Shown here piece after piece: positions 11,111 to 23,959 of a stretch of 64,000 bases of DNA. Under the pieces are notes generated by a model. That model worked only from the letters and a program-made list of their open reading frames with translations. It had not been told where the DNA came from and did not search any database. Position 1 is the first letter of the stretch. Every line of letters starts with the position of its first letter. Source of the DNA: Camelus dromedarius (Eukaryota); contig NC_087437.1 in the NCBI RefSeq assembly GCF_036321535.1, positions 55,430,001 through 55,494,000 on the forward strand, in the 5' to 3' direction. A program made the position numbers and the translations under genes.

Positions 11111-13663
11111 ACTTACAAGCACACGCCCTGTGTTTAGAGCAAGAGTTAATGTCTGTGCTTCCTCGTAAATCTGTTTGTTGCCTGGAGCTATGTTTTTAAT
11201 TCCATGGTGGAGCTTTGAGATTTGAGATGAGTAGAAAGGAGGGGCAGCTGATGGAGGTGATCATGGAAGCTGCCACTTCTTCTGGGAAGACATCCTCCTC
11301 ATTCTGTTCTTTGAACAGGTAGTTTATGCCTCAGCATCTGAAAAGTCCAGGATGGAAGGAGACAGGGAGAGGAGGGAAAGGATGTTGGCTCTGTTGCACT
11401 ATGTGAAAGGATGCATGGCTTCTCTCCGAAGAGAGAAAAATGTGTGGAATGAGCCAATTAACCCAGACTGGTGACTGGCTGGCCTATTTTTCTAGTTCAG
11501 CTAAAAAGGACTTCAAGGAGAGGAGTCTTTCTGATGAAAATAATTCTTGTCTTACAAAGCTTGTTATTGAAGAAAGTTTTCCCTCCATGCAATTTGAGCT
11601 CCTTTTTGTGTTGTTAAACTGTCTTTATCTTCCATGATTGGTCCTGTGGTACTTGCATGATAGCTTCTTCTAGATAAGCCTCATCTCTTTAACACACCTT
11701 TGCTATTTTAGTGTAGAAGGCAGATCTTCTCTTGGGTTGCCGTGATGGTTTAAAGCAGTAATTGCTCGGGCCTTCCAACCTGCCAACTACTGTATTTGAG
11801 TAGAATTCCGAGTCTGAGTCACCGTGTAGAAGGTATAATTAACATGACTAAAGGAAGAACTCTGGTCTTTGAAAATTCTGGTCCTCAGTTTATATATCTA
11901 TAAAATGAAAGAATGAGAAACACACCTCTAAGGGGCCGTCCAACTCTGTAAGATCTTAAAAATCTTCAGCTGTTAACCCTCTTCCTCCGCCGAGTCCTTA
12001 TGAGTCTTAATGATTCCTTCCTTCTACTTCTATGCCTTTCTGTGAGGTTTTGAACTTTGCCAGAAGTAAAGGGTGTGTTAACCTCCTTGCTTCCACTACT
12101 GTGGGAGTGGAGCTGGTTCCTGGAGGGTGGGAAGTGGCAACAAAGTAAGCTGTAATTGGTGAACTACGTCTCTAAGGAGAATTTCAGGTTTCTATTTGTA
12201 CGTGTTTTGGTCTGGGACGCGGAGGTTAGTAAAACAGGCCCAGAGATGATCCGGTTCTGGGCTTCAGGGATTGAGCCTTATTCATTTCTCAGTTTGCGAT
12301 AATGCATCACACAGAGAATGGGCAATTGAATGGTGGAATCCAAGATAGACAACCTAGGAATGTTTCAGAGAAACACCTCTAATGTGATTTCAAAGATTAC
12401 TTTTAACCTATTGGAAAAATTTTACAGAGCTATGCTTATACAGTCTGAAGACGGAGAATTGAAGGAGTGCTCTAAGCTAAATGAAAGTCTCTGATGGAGT
12501 TAATTATATGCATCAAAGCTTTGATGGGAGGCAGAAGTTGAACACAGAAGAAATATCCTGGGACACAGCATCAGGTGGAGGAAAAAGGACTGATAGATGA
12601 AGCAAAACACAGAAGATTCCAGCACCTCCTCCGTGCTAAAGATTTGCTTCCCTGGTTTTGTCCATGTTCGGGGATCATGGTGTTTCTCCTCCCCCTTTTT
12701 AATCCCCTTCTGCTGGTAGTTCTTGACTTGATAATCTGATCACATTCTTTATATTATTTCCTGCTAACTTCATCTATTTCTATCAAAGAAGTGGTTTTTA
12801 AAATTGCTTATAAGGGTTAAATAAAGTTGAAAATATAACGTCTCTAACAGCACACAGTAAGCATTCTAGTACACCAAAGGGACTTACTATGTGCTTGGAT
12901 AGTGCCTTCCAGCACATAAAACATTTTCCCATCCATTATCCTCTTGTCCCTCATGAAAGTGTTGTTACCTAAAGATCAGAAAGATGGTGGAGAATGCCCC
13001 AAAGATACAGCTAGTGAAAGCCAGTGTTTACACCAAGAGTATGATACTGAGAAGAAAGCTACCAAATCTTTCTTTGTTAAATAATTTGATTTCGGCATTC
13101 TTTACCTGAGACTACTCTCCCACTTTGATTGATTTGACCATAGCAGCTCAGTAAGAAAGACCTTATCTTCTTACTCTGATGACACGATGTTTTTGTAACT
13201 TCCCCTTACGCTACTAATGCTCACTTATTTTCCTATAATCTCATAATTGCTGATATTGAGATATATATAAAAATGTACAGTTCCTTTCGAGACAGAGATT
13301 TCCTTTCAACCTTTAGCTAGGATCCCTGGGCAGGCTTTTTGCCCACAGATTATGGCAAGTTCCTTAGGGCAGTTCTTTTAACTCTGTGCCTATTGGAAAT
13401 AGGACTGCATTGTGCAATGGCAGGAGCTTAGCTTGGAATGTATTTTGTAACAATAGCCCAGAATGGTGAAAAGACCCCTACATGAAGTCTTGAGAGACCA
13501 GGGCACTCACCAGCTCAGCCCTGTCTGCAGCGACACTTTCAGAAAGCCCTAGTTCTTTCTGAGTTTCTGTTTTCTCATTTCCAGAAAGAAGGCTCTGGGC
13601 TACCACTTCCAAAAGCCTTTCTAGTTCTGACACTCAACAGTATATAAACTTTAAACTACTACT

Positions 13664-13678
13664 CCACCAGATGGTGGC
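13664..13678 (+). promoter_or_regulatory. Candidate CTCF motif
   Basis: CCACCAGATGGTGGC versus core consensus CCASYAGRKGGCRSY (one core mismatch). Confidence 0.4.
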
Positions 13679-13939
13679 TAATTTGTGCCTTTCCATGTTT
13701 GTGAAATAGCTTAGTGAGTGCTAAGATTCCCAAGGAATGTTGGGACGATACTTGGTGTGGGCTTTGTAGCAGAAGATGTGTTCTGCTCAGGGAAGCTAAT
13801 TCAATGCCCCGTAAACTAAAGAAGTCACAACCCAGAGGCTTCTTATGGGTCCCTTATATCCTGCACTGGGTGAATGCTAGTAGTGTCATGACTATAGCTG
13901 TCTACAACATTCACACAGAGTTATCGAGGTCATGGGACG

Positions 13940-14085
13940 TCACCACGTGGAGACATCCTAAAGGACATATGGGGAAACTGAGATTCAGGAAAAGAAATGA
14001 GCTTGCCTATAGTCACGTAGCATTCAGGGTCAAAGCCCAGACTTTCACACAGGGCTCCTTGACATCCTGTTCATTGCATTTTATA
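13940..14085 (-). mobile_element. MIR SINE
   Basis: atatggggaaactgagattcagg...gagcttgcctatagtcacgtagc. Confidence 0.65.
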
Positions 14086-16094
14086 CCCCGTTCTGTCACG
14101 TTGGATGACAGCTTTCACAGTAAGCATGAGAACATTTAATAAAATGTTCCTGGTCATAAAGTCATCTATATTCTCCACAATTGCCCTAATGACATTTGAC
14201 AAAATATGATAGATTTTTATAGCACTCTAGTACTTACTGAGATTTACTTGCTTACTGAGATTTACTTAGTTTTACCTTTCGAGAGATGACTTAGTCGTAG
14301 ATTTATCTTCCCAGCTATCACCTTTGGAGCTCAGGAGAGGAGACTGGTGGAATTTGTATCCTTAGAAGCACACTAGACCTCTGAGAAAGGTCATTGCCAT
14401 GCTTATATTGATTGGTTATTTAGAAATAGGGCCCCTCTTGAATTTCATACTTAAACTTCATTTGGCATTTCCCTAAGGTGAAAGTATATAAACTGTATTT
14501 ACTAGGAAAGCTAGCTTGGCAGATTTTCATGCCCTTTGGATAAAAGCAAAATTGTACCCAGCACATAAATTGACATATGAAGCAGTAAATAATTGTATGA
14601 TGCAAGTTGTTTTAATGGACTCAAGCCAGAATGTTCCATTAACCAGTATTCATTCATCAATATTCATTGAGCTTAGGGCTTATTGTGAGGCTAGGGGGAA
14701 AAGAAAAGAATGAAGGAAAGTATAGGAGTGTGATGAATGTCGGCATAGCTGCTGAGAAAGTGAGAGGTTAGAAAGGGAACTTTAGAGATATTTACAATAT
14801 TTTTAGTTTTTCTCTCTCTTCTTTTGTCTTTCTTTTTTTTAATTAAAAAAATTTTTTTTCCTTCCTAGGCAAAGGAATAAAGTACAAAAAAGGCTGGGTG
14901 TCAGCCATTAAATACAATCATCAAAAATCTGAGAACTGGGCAGCAGAATGTGCCAGGCTCTTTTCTTACTTTCCTTTTGTAAGAAGCAGCTCAGAGATCA
15001 GCCAGTTAGGGTGTTACATGCATATGTGTGAGGTTGTGTTTATATATATTTCTATGTGGATAAACATTCAGAAACCACAATGGCATTCCCAAAGGAATCC
15101 TTTCTTAATACAGGAAGTGACAGCTTTGTGAAGGCACCACAATTGAGCTCCGGTTTTTCATTCTACATCCCAGGATTTAGTTTCTAGAAGAAACGAAAAC
15201 TCTGTGATGTTCCATGGGGCTGCTTAGTTAAAGCTTGTCAAATGCAAAGCACCTGAACTTGGCTTCCAGGGAGCTCTTTGCATTCAGAGATGTCTAAAAC
15301 CACAAACCGTAAACTCTGATGCGTACATGCAAAAGAAGAGGCCACAGAAATTACAAACTTGTTATTCAGTGTGGCCACATTCCCCTGCCATCATTACTCC
15401 CAAGTTGACTTTCTCTTGCTCTGCACTTGGGTTTACCAGATGACCAAGCTTGGGCTCTATCAGATAGCAGCTGCCTCCCGCATACTGGAGATCAGGATAG
15501 TGGGTCAAGACTGTGACCAGGCATAATATTCCTATGAACTTTGACATGTTTGTTGCTGCAATTTCGGTAGCTGGAATGCGTGCAGAGAATAGAGAACCAT
15601 GAGATATGGAAGCTGGGGTCACAGAACATTTTGAATTGGTCATACACACCCTCCTATCTGGAAAGCCCCAATGTCTTTTCTCAGTCATTTCTTGCTTGTG
15701 TTGACTGCTTAGTGGATATTGTAGTTGTTGTCATCTTCCTTCTCCTCAAAACTATCTTCCAGGTTGACTGTCTTCATGTTTCAGTTCTTGCCCCACCACT
15801 TTGACTTTTCCTTCTTCTTTTCTCTTTTAATTTTGACTATCAGAATATTCACATGAATTCACTATCCACATTTCCAGCTGTGACCTCTATGCAGAGCACC
15901 AGAGTCACATTTCCAACTAGGTGTTTACACACAGAAATCTTAACAACACCTTGAACTCACCATATTTGAAACCATCTTTTCTTCTTACCTCTTAAATTCC
16001 ATGGCACATTTCAACTTGCTGGTAGGTCAGCCGCTTATCTCAACAATTAATCTAATGAAAATTGCTAATCTAAAGGAAAACTTGTTTCTCGCAG

Positions 16095-16248
16095 GAGACC
16101 AGGAGAAGGACTTAGGATCTACTGGGGGAGACCCGAGCAGCAGTCGCTATTATCCCGCTGGAACCCATGGTCCACTGAGGTGCCTTATGCTACCTTCACT
16201 GAGCACCCTATGAAATACACCAGTGAGAGGTTTCTTGAAATTTGCAAG
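16095..16248 (+). CDS. TPRG1: TPRG1 penultimate coding exon (154 nt, starts phase 2, ends phase 0); hSac2-domain protein
   Basis: Acceptor cttgtttctcgcAG|G and donor AAG|GTagga. Translates (1 nt carry-over) as RPGEGLRIYWGRPEQQSLLSRWNPWSTEVPYATFTEHPMKYTSERFLEICK, matching the human TPRG1 segment as I recall it (RQGEGLRIYWGSPEEQSLLSRWNPWSTEVPYATFTEHPMKYTSEKFLEICK). Splices in frame to the exon at 27222. Missed by the ORF track. Confidence 0.95.
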
Positions 16249-16599
16249 GTAGGAGGCAGCTTGGGCATCATTCTTTGGTGATGCTAAGTGCTTTTAAAAT
16301 GTGTACTGCTTAAACAAAAAAAAAAAAAAATGATAAGCTACAACCTGGGGTTTATATAGATAAAAACTGTAATAGGTTTATAGGATGTTTTTTAGCAAAC
16401 AGTGGAGCTGTTTTATAGATAAAAAATGTATAATACTTCTATTAACCATATCATGCTGTTTCTGCTTCGCTAATTTCTTAGCAAAACAATTATGGTGTAA
16501 TATTGTTTAAAAGTTGCAGTACTTATGTTTATCTGTGTTTATTGCTTACAGAGTACATATAATTTTCTGTGTATCATTAAATTCTTTTATTCAGAGAAA

Positions 16600-16800
16600 G
16601 AATGTGGAAGAGTGTGAAGTATGAAGTCAGATATGGCTCTGTGGTCGTGTTTAAGTCACTTTTTCCCTCTGGGCTTTGGTCGTCTCATCTCTAAAATGAA
16701 CATAACAATGGTCCTTCTCCACCTCGTTGGGCCATTGTAAGGTTAGGTGGGATACAGTATATATAAATGATCCATAAACTATAAAGCAATTAATACTTTT
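16600..16800 (+). mobile_element. MIR SINE
   Basis: gaagtcagat...aagtcacttttt..ctctggg...ctcatctctaaaatg...attgtaaggttag. Confidence 0.7.
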
Positions 16801-18447
16801 ACGTCTTTAAATCTCATCTCCCCAAGTAGATTTTAAACTCATCAGTGGCAGAGAGGCCCCCCTCTACTATTGTTTCATCTTCCCCAGGGAGACTTAAGCA
16901 GTACTAGGACACTCTAAGTGATCCGGAAGTGAAACAGTTGGAGCTATACATGTGGTGAAAGATCAAACTTGATATTTTCAACAAAACCAGATATACACAT
17001 ATGAGTGTTCCTAAAGGTCTAGAAATTCTTGCCTTCTCTGTCCTCTCTCTGTTTATCTTTATACACTGCCATTCATTTCAGAATATCATAACTCTTTATT
17101 TGCTATAAATTCAAAACATGGCAATCTACATCTAAAATCCTCCTGTGGTTGGATGGCATATATTGTATTTCTCACATTAAACACACTTATTCATATACAT
17201 GAAGATGTATATGTGTACATGAATAGTTTTACTTGATAAGCCCCCTATTTTAAAAAAGGATCTGAGGGAAAATATATGTAATTAGAAGCTAGATGGGCTC
17301 TTCATTCCCCCTAACCTGCAGGGAAAGTTGGTTTGAATCTTGTTCTGCTCTCAGCAAAGGTCAGTGGTCCTCTCAAGATTTATGCAGATGTCCTCAGGGG
17401 CTGATGGTCTCAAGGGTTGCCTCTGATTCCCAGCTATTGCAGGCACTAAATTAGTTCATTATATGGATCGCATTGCTACTTTCTCCATGTGATACTCCTA
17501 TTTCACAATACTTCAACCCAAGCGTCGACATCAGCCCTGAGCCTGCCTCTTTACCACCCAAAGTCAACAATGACACACACACACACACAAAAGAAAGAAA
17601 ACCAGTAAGAACAACATAACACTGACACAAAGGCATTGATGTGAGGATAGACTCACTGAGGACTTCAGGGAGATAGAGTGAGCGTTTATCTCACAATAAT
17701 GCCCCAAACCCCGAATGGAATATTGGATCACCCTATTTTTAAAAAGACTTTATTAATGATAATGCTCTGATGCATTGCTTCATAATCTTCTCTCCTCTCC
17801 TCTCCATCCTGCTCTTGCTTCTTCCCAAACTCCTGTTCCTTTTCTCTTTTTTTTTATTAGCAATGAAGAGTCGTTTATCTGGTTCTTTTTTTTTTTTTTT
17901 TAACATGTGTTAATCCAACTGACAGAGCTTAATCATGTATGTTTCCAAAACTATTCCTTGCCTTTAAAGGAAATCTGGTTCTAACAGTGAATATAATACA
18001 TGTTTTGAAGTACCAGTAATTATTTTTTATTACAAGTCAAAAGTGAATATGAACTGCCTTGGTAAATAAATACCAACTATCACTTCCTGGGCCAAGTCTT
18101 CTCTTAATTCCTCTTACCTGGTGCGTTTTTAGCAACTATTCTCTAAGTGCCCTTTGCTGGAAGAAGTATAAGGTGAAGGATTGAAAAACAAATTCTATTA
18201 ACTGCATTCCTTTAATACTTGATAGTGCTTTATTTTATTCTGTCATAAATAAAAATAAGAACAAATAATTTAAAAGGAAGATGAAAGATAAAATATCAAA
18301 AGGGGGATGGAATAACTATTTCCCAAATACCTGTGAATGCAGTTAAGAGACTGGAGCATTAAGTTTTGCCCAAGACCACCTATCACCCAAGGCTAAAAGG
18401 GGAACTTGATGTTCATATAGCCCTTGTTGGATGGAAGATAGAGCAGC

Positions 18448-18449
<2 letters not shown>

Positions 18450-18483
<34 letters not shown>
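18450..18483 (+). repeat. (GT)17 microsatellite
   Basis: Direct reading. Confidence 0.95.
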
Positions 18484-18485
<2 letters not shown>

Positions 18486-19499
18486 ATGCTTGTGTGCACA
18501 CATGTGTGGGTATGAGCATGATGAGTGGTTGGTTGCTTAGCTGGTTGGCTTTCAGTCAATCAAACTACTTTGTGAATCTGTTAAGTGTATTTCCTTTAAC
18601 ACTCTTCTCATTAAATTATTCTTTCAAAGTCTTGTTTTTTCTTCCTGGCAACAGTCTGCAACTTGCATTTGATAAGCCATTTCTTAGTCAAAGTCCACTC
18701 TAAGTCCGGGCTCTCTAGGAAAACAAGTGATCTCAGTCTGGGACATGAGATGATGAGTACTTTGATCCAGTTCTTTGAGTCTTAGTTTCTTTTTTGCTGT
18801 TGGTTTTTATGTCACAAAATTATTTGTGTTTTGGACATTGTCCAAAATTGGCTTTGATTAATACTCAGTTATATTAATATAACAGTATAAATGAGAAGAA
18901 TGATAATTTTGGGAATGTAGAATCCTTTTGATATGAATACTTCAGCATAATAAGATTTTTAAAGGTGATATAAACTGGTGTTTCCATTTTCCTTATGAAT
19001 GAAATAGGAAAAAGTAAGATACGGGGGAAATGCGTAACTAAATGACCTACTTAAAGCCATTTAATTCAGTTTAGCAAACCTATTATGGCAGAGGAAAGGG
19101 GATCATGTAGCCGAGTCACCTACAATCAAAAGTTTCAAATCATTTACAATCTAATGGAATAACTTATTTTTAAAAGCATGTTTATAAAATTATTTTTTGT
19201 TTGTTTGTTTGTTTTTACTCAGCATCTTTTCTTCTGCAGCACCTGGAATCTCTCTATTCAACAAAATGTTTTCTGGCACCGACAAGGTGCAGGTGTTATG
19301 ATTGTTGTTAAGGATACAAACATAAATGTGGCAAGATTCTTGCTTTCTGGAAGGCATTGTGTAAGAGAGGAGGCAGAAAAACATGCAAAGATTTTTAAAT
19401 AAGTACTAATGGACTGAGACAGAATTCTGAATCAAATGAAAAGAAGTGTAAGCACTTGGAGGTATATGGAGTCTCTTAGACACAGTTTAGATGGAGTTT

Positions 19500-19940
19500 A
19501 ATCTTGTATATTTCCCACCATAATTATAATGGCTCAGATGATAGGTATAAGGGCCTAAATTAAGATAAGGGTGGTAGGAATGGAGAGTAGATGAAGAAAT
19601 TTTGAGATATTCAGGATATCAATGGAAGAAGGTAACTGGCAGGATATGGTAGGTGAAGGAGAGGAAGAAGTCAAAGACAGCATGGTCTGGCTTGGGTAGA
19701 TGGCGATTCCATTCATTTGAATGGGGAAATCTGAAAGAAGAGTAGGTGAAGGGGTTTAGTTTAGGACATTTGAATTAGAAATTCCTGTGGCATGTGGGGT
19801 TGAGTTGGTTGCCAGGCAGTTAGAAATTTAGGTCTGTCTGAAGCTCAGAAGGGAAAGCTGAACTGATAATATAAGTTTCAGGTTATACTATGTGGGGTCA
19901 AAGCTGAGTCTTGGGGTTGATTGCTCAGGAAGGTAGCCGA
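19500..19940 (-). mobile_element. L2 LINE fragment
   Basis: Purine-rich antisense L2 pattern: ggtgaaggagaggaagaagtcaaagac...ccaggcagttagaaatttaggtctg. Confidence 0.7.
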
Positions 19941-20641
19941 GGAAGTAGCATTAATGGGCAGAATTGCATTCAAATTCAAATTTATACTATCTCTAAGTCA
20001 TTTAGCACTGATCTAATAAAATCACTGTCAAATGCATGCAATGCTCTGTCAAAATACATTACTTCTTTTACCCATCCCACTAACTCTACACTACCTGTAC
20101 ATCTGGTAAGTATGATGGTCAAATGGACTCTTCCCAGGCATTCTTGCTTATCTCTAAGTCTTCTTACCAACACTTTTCGATCTGTGCATGCACATACTTT
20201 GCATTACTCATATAAAAGGTTGTGAAAAATAGAAAGTAACATTTTTGGCATTGATTTTATTATTATAAGACATAATAATCTCATGTGAATTATGTAATTA
20301 TATTTTATAGTTATTGATTACAGTTTACATGTTTTCATGTAATTCAAGTAACAAAAACTCTTTGAGGTCAGGATGCTGTCTCCACTTTAAAAATGAAGAT
20401 ACTTAGTGATTAAGTGAATTAGGCTGAGGTATCATAATGACTATTTCCACACCCAAACAATTTGCCAATACTCAGGGGAAAGGGCAAAACCCAGAAAGAA
20501 CTCTGTGTGTGTGTGTATTCATAGTTACTGCTGTGATATAAAATGATACGATACTTTGTAACCAAGGTTAGTTATCCTTAATTGTTTAATTCACTTAATA
20601 TCTGCAACTTTTAGCCTTTCTTCTTTTAACCATTTTCTTTT

Positions 20642-21292
20642 TTTCACTGAACCAGGTTCATTTGTCCACTGTGCAGCAAGCCAAATGCTTAAATGCCAAG
20701 GTTCCCAGCAGAGAAAGGGTTTACTCACAAGGGATCCAAGCCAGGAAAATGGGGGAACAGATCTCAAATCTGCCTCCCCAAATGCTTAGAATATTTATGA
20801 GATAAAGATGCAGAGTGGACCAAGACATGGAGAAGGTGATTGGAGGCAAGAAAAATCTGAAGTAATCTATATTCTGTGCAGGTGTATCTGAGTTACATGC
20901 TTTTTCTTAGGATGCATGCTCAGAAGATGGCAGAGTTAGCATGATATGAGTTTTTGGCCCTCTGCCATTAAAAGGTCATCCTTTGGACACTTACACAGGC
21001 CCAGTTGAATGGTTGGTGGTCTCGACCAGTTTGAACTGGGCAAGATTAGCTCCATGTTCCCGAAAAATAACTTAAGCAACCGTTTCTAGAGTGACCCATA
21101 TGTTAGAGGTGTTATCTACAGAGGGTTATTACAGGAACCTTGTGATATATTCTCTGACCTACAGGAAGCTTGGAGGGCATGCAATTCGCAGGAACAATTA
21201 AAGTGAGTTTCGTCAGTGAAGGCAGTTACAGGCTGTTATTTATTAAGAAAGTTATAGTTCGGGGGATCTAACTGATGATGCCCTCAGTTGTC
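20642..21292 (-). mobile_element. ERV1-class (MER4-group, MER51/57-like) solo LTR
   Basis: ctgaaccaggttc...gcaagccaaa...agagaaagggtttactc...atgggggaacagatctcaaatctgcctccc resembles the antisense 3' end of MER4-group LTRs; ~650 bp. Confidence 0.65.
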
Positions 21293-21519
21293 TTAATGGG
21301 CTCTTGGATTGCGTGGAGAGTCTGGTTGAGAGGGCCTGGTGATTGTGCCCAGAGCTGTAGAATGAATTGTGGGTGTTCTACAGCCAAATCAAAGTGGTCT
21401 ATACCTTTTACTCTTGCCTGGAAACTTTATCCTTATTTTCAAAGGAATTATGAGAGTGAACCAATGTCTCAGCAACCAAATGCAACTTTCTGTCCTTAAC
21501 CCCTTGGTTTCCCTTCACA

Positions 21520-21925
21520 TCAATTCAACCAATATTTATTGAGTACCTACCGGGCATTGGATACTACATGGTGAGCAGTGCTGTAGATAATTGTTGGGAT
21601 AGCAAAAAGAATAAAATAGATGTTGCCCTCCAGACATTTTTAGTGTAGAGGGAGAAGGCGAAAAAGGTCATTAACAAATTGGAATTTAATGTGGAAATAC
21701 TATTGATAGAGAGAGTCAAAGGTTTTATTGGAACTCAGAAGAGAGAACAGGTATGTCCAAAAGTTAACAAATGAGGTGACATTTGATGTGAAACTCCAGG
21801 GATAAGTGATTTAAGCATCAAAGCAGGTGGGAAAAGACAGTTTCAGTAAAAGAAACATGGTTAGAAGCTGCAAGTGACAAAGGAATATAAGATGTTCTTG
21901 GACAAAGAGTAATTCACTTACGCTA
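21520..21925 (-). mobile_element. L2 LINE 3' region
   Basis: caattcaaccaatatttattgagtacctac..., an antisense L2 terminus. Confidence 0.7.
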
Positions 21926-21932
21926 GAGTTTA

Positions 21933-21933
<1 letters not shown>

Positions 21934-21968
<35 letters not shown>
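21934..21968 (+). repeat. (TG)n microsatellite (~17 units)
   Basis: Direct reading. Confidence 0.95.
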
Positions 21969-21971
<3 letters not shown>

Positions 21972-22501
21972 CTTGCACGTGGGCATGCATGTATTGACAG
22001 GACAGTTGAGGGAATGAAATAGAGTCTGGAAATTAGGATGTTTTGAAACTTCCCTTCTGTAGGAAAAAAGCTTCTGCCTCCTCTTTCTTCCCTCTGTACA
22101 CCTGAATGTACCCACAGTCATGATGTCTCCATAAAGATAGCTCCAGGTAAAATGTACAAGGTTGGTGTAAACATTCTGTTCAGCTGTGGGACTTCCCAAG
22201 TGGTTTTCATTGCTGGGTATTGGATGGACTTACCCTTTATTCCAGCATGCTTCACTTACCACATAGGGAGGCTGAAACCTGTAGCCTGAAGGCTTGGAAA
22301 ACCTGCTCAGCTAAGGAATGTGGGCCTGCAGGCGTGAAACCCGGTCTCTTTACCCAGTGTAAACAGGAAGCAAGTGATGGTTGTAATAAGGAAAACTGAG
22401 ACTCGAGGCAGTGAGCTGCTGGCAGACAGCACCTGAAGCAAACCTGGGGCCCAGTCACTCAGCTGGCAAATAATCGCTGTAAAGTCAAGAAGAACATTCA
22501 C

Positions 22502-22523
22502 CACACACACACACACACACACA
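22502..22523 (+). repeat. (CA)11 microsatellite
   Basis: Direct reading. Confidence 0.9.
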
Positions 22524-23254
22524 CTTTACCTTAACCGGCACACAGGCCCTATGTAACTGGAGTTGTTAAAACTTGACCCTCTGTTTTTGAGACTGGAATA
22601 AAAGAGGGAGCCAGGGGTGGATATATAAAAGCTTTTAGAGAGAAGTATGTGGCTGTTGGCATTCATATCAGATGACACCGCGTTCCTGTCACACAGATTG
22701 AGTTCAGGTGTTTGAAATGCTCAGGAGCCAGCTCGGGGACTTGGCCTTTTGTCTGCCTCTCCTTCAATGCACAGCTTGTTGCTCTGTCCCCGTGGCCCCT
22801 CCTCTTTTTAAGGGGCTCATAGAAATGACTAGAGATGAAGTGCTCCAGACGCTAATGAAATGCCAAGTTCACGAAGTATGAAATAGTGCCACCTTTTTCT
22901 TTCCAGCACTTTGATTCTGAGAATATCCATGAAATAAACTTATGATGAGGACTGGGAAGGCATTCAGTAACCCAATCTGATAAATATATACTGATCTACG
23001 AAAAGTTATCATGACTGTCCAGAGAGTGTTGACCATGGAAATATTGAGGTGAACTGTTGCACTTTGGAATTGAGGAATGACTTCAGTGATGACAATGATG
23101 ATGTAGTTAATGATTTAGTGACAACATTGGTTATTGGCAATAGGCTTCCTTTAATGCTTTTGCAGTAAGACTCCAAATTCCAGCGTCATCATATTCCCCT
23201 TCCCAACCCTTCTGAAATACACTAGCACTTGGACACACAGACACACTGACTTTA

Positions 23255-23420
23255 TTATAAACCCCTAATTTATTAAAGTTATTTTAATCTTTACAGCCAA
23301 TCTATGAGTTTGATGCTATTAATATCCTTATTTGATAGAAGAGGAATTATAAAATTCAGAGAGGTTAGATTACTTGCCCAAGGTCACACAGCTAGTGAAT
23401 GCCTTATGTGCAGTGTAAGA
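23255..23420 (-). mobile_element. MIR SINE
   Basis: cagagaggttagattacttgcccaaggtcacacagctagt. Confidence 0.8.
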
Positions 23421-23472
23421 TCTGGTTCATCTTAATGCTCCTGTTACAGCATACTATATACTTCCTTTAGTT

Positions 23473-23688
23473 CAGTAGTTCTCAACAGGAGATGATTTTG
23501 CCCCTGGGGGGTATTGGCAATATATGGAGAACACTTTTGATTGCCCTGCCTGGGATTGTGGTGCTATTGTATCTGGTGGGTAAAGCCAGGGATGCTGCTT
23601 AACTTCCTGAAATGCAGAAGACATAATCCCCTGCAGCAAAGAAGTATCTGGTCCAAAATACCAATAATTCCACGGTAGAGAAAGCTTG
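23473..23688. mobile_element. MER20 hAT-Charlie DNA transposon (near full length)
   Basis: cagtagttctcaacagg..gattttgcccct...gccagggatgctgcttaac...ggtagagaaagcttg; flanks ctttagtt/gattagtt look like a decayed 8-bp TSD. Confidence 0.85.
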
Positions 23689-23959
23689 GATTAGTTGTAT
23701 AGACAGACAGCCATACTAGTGACTCTAATTCTTAGAAAACTGGGTGAAATATTTGAGTGAACACATACGCAAAGTGCAATAGAATAAAAATTATTTTTTG
23801 CCTTGAGTATTTGGGAAGGCACTGTGGAAGAGAGAGGACTGGAGCTTGGTTTTGCAGGTTGAGTTAGAGCGTGGGCACTATACAGCTTTGTGGATTGAGT
23901 AGACTGTCAGAGCTAGAGGTTCTTAGGCAAGCTTAATACAATGGGTTTCTCAAACAAAA

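Noticed and set aside
14233..14267. Tandem duplication of cttactgagatttactt
   Set aside because: Two copies only; an ordinary slippage duplication.
16001..16213. 70-aa ORF overlapping the TPRG1 exon
   Set aside because: Wrong reading frame relative to the conserved TPRG1 exon.
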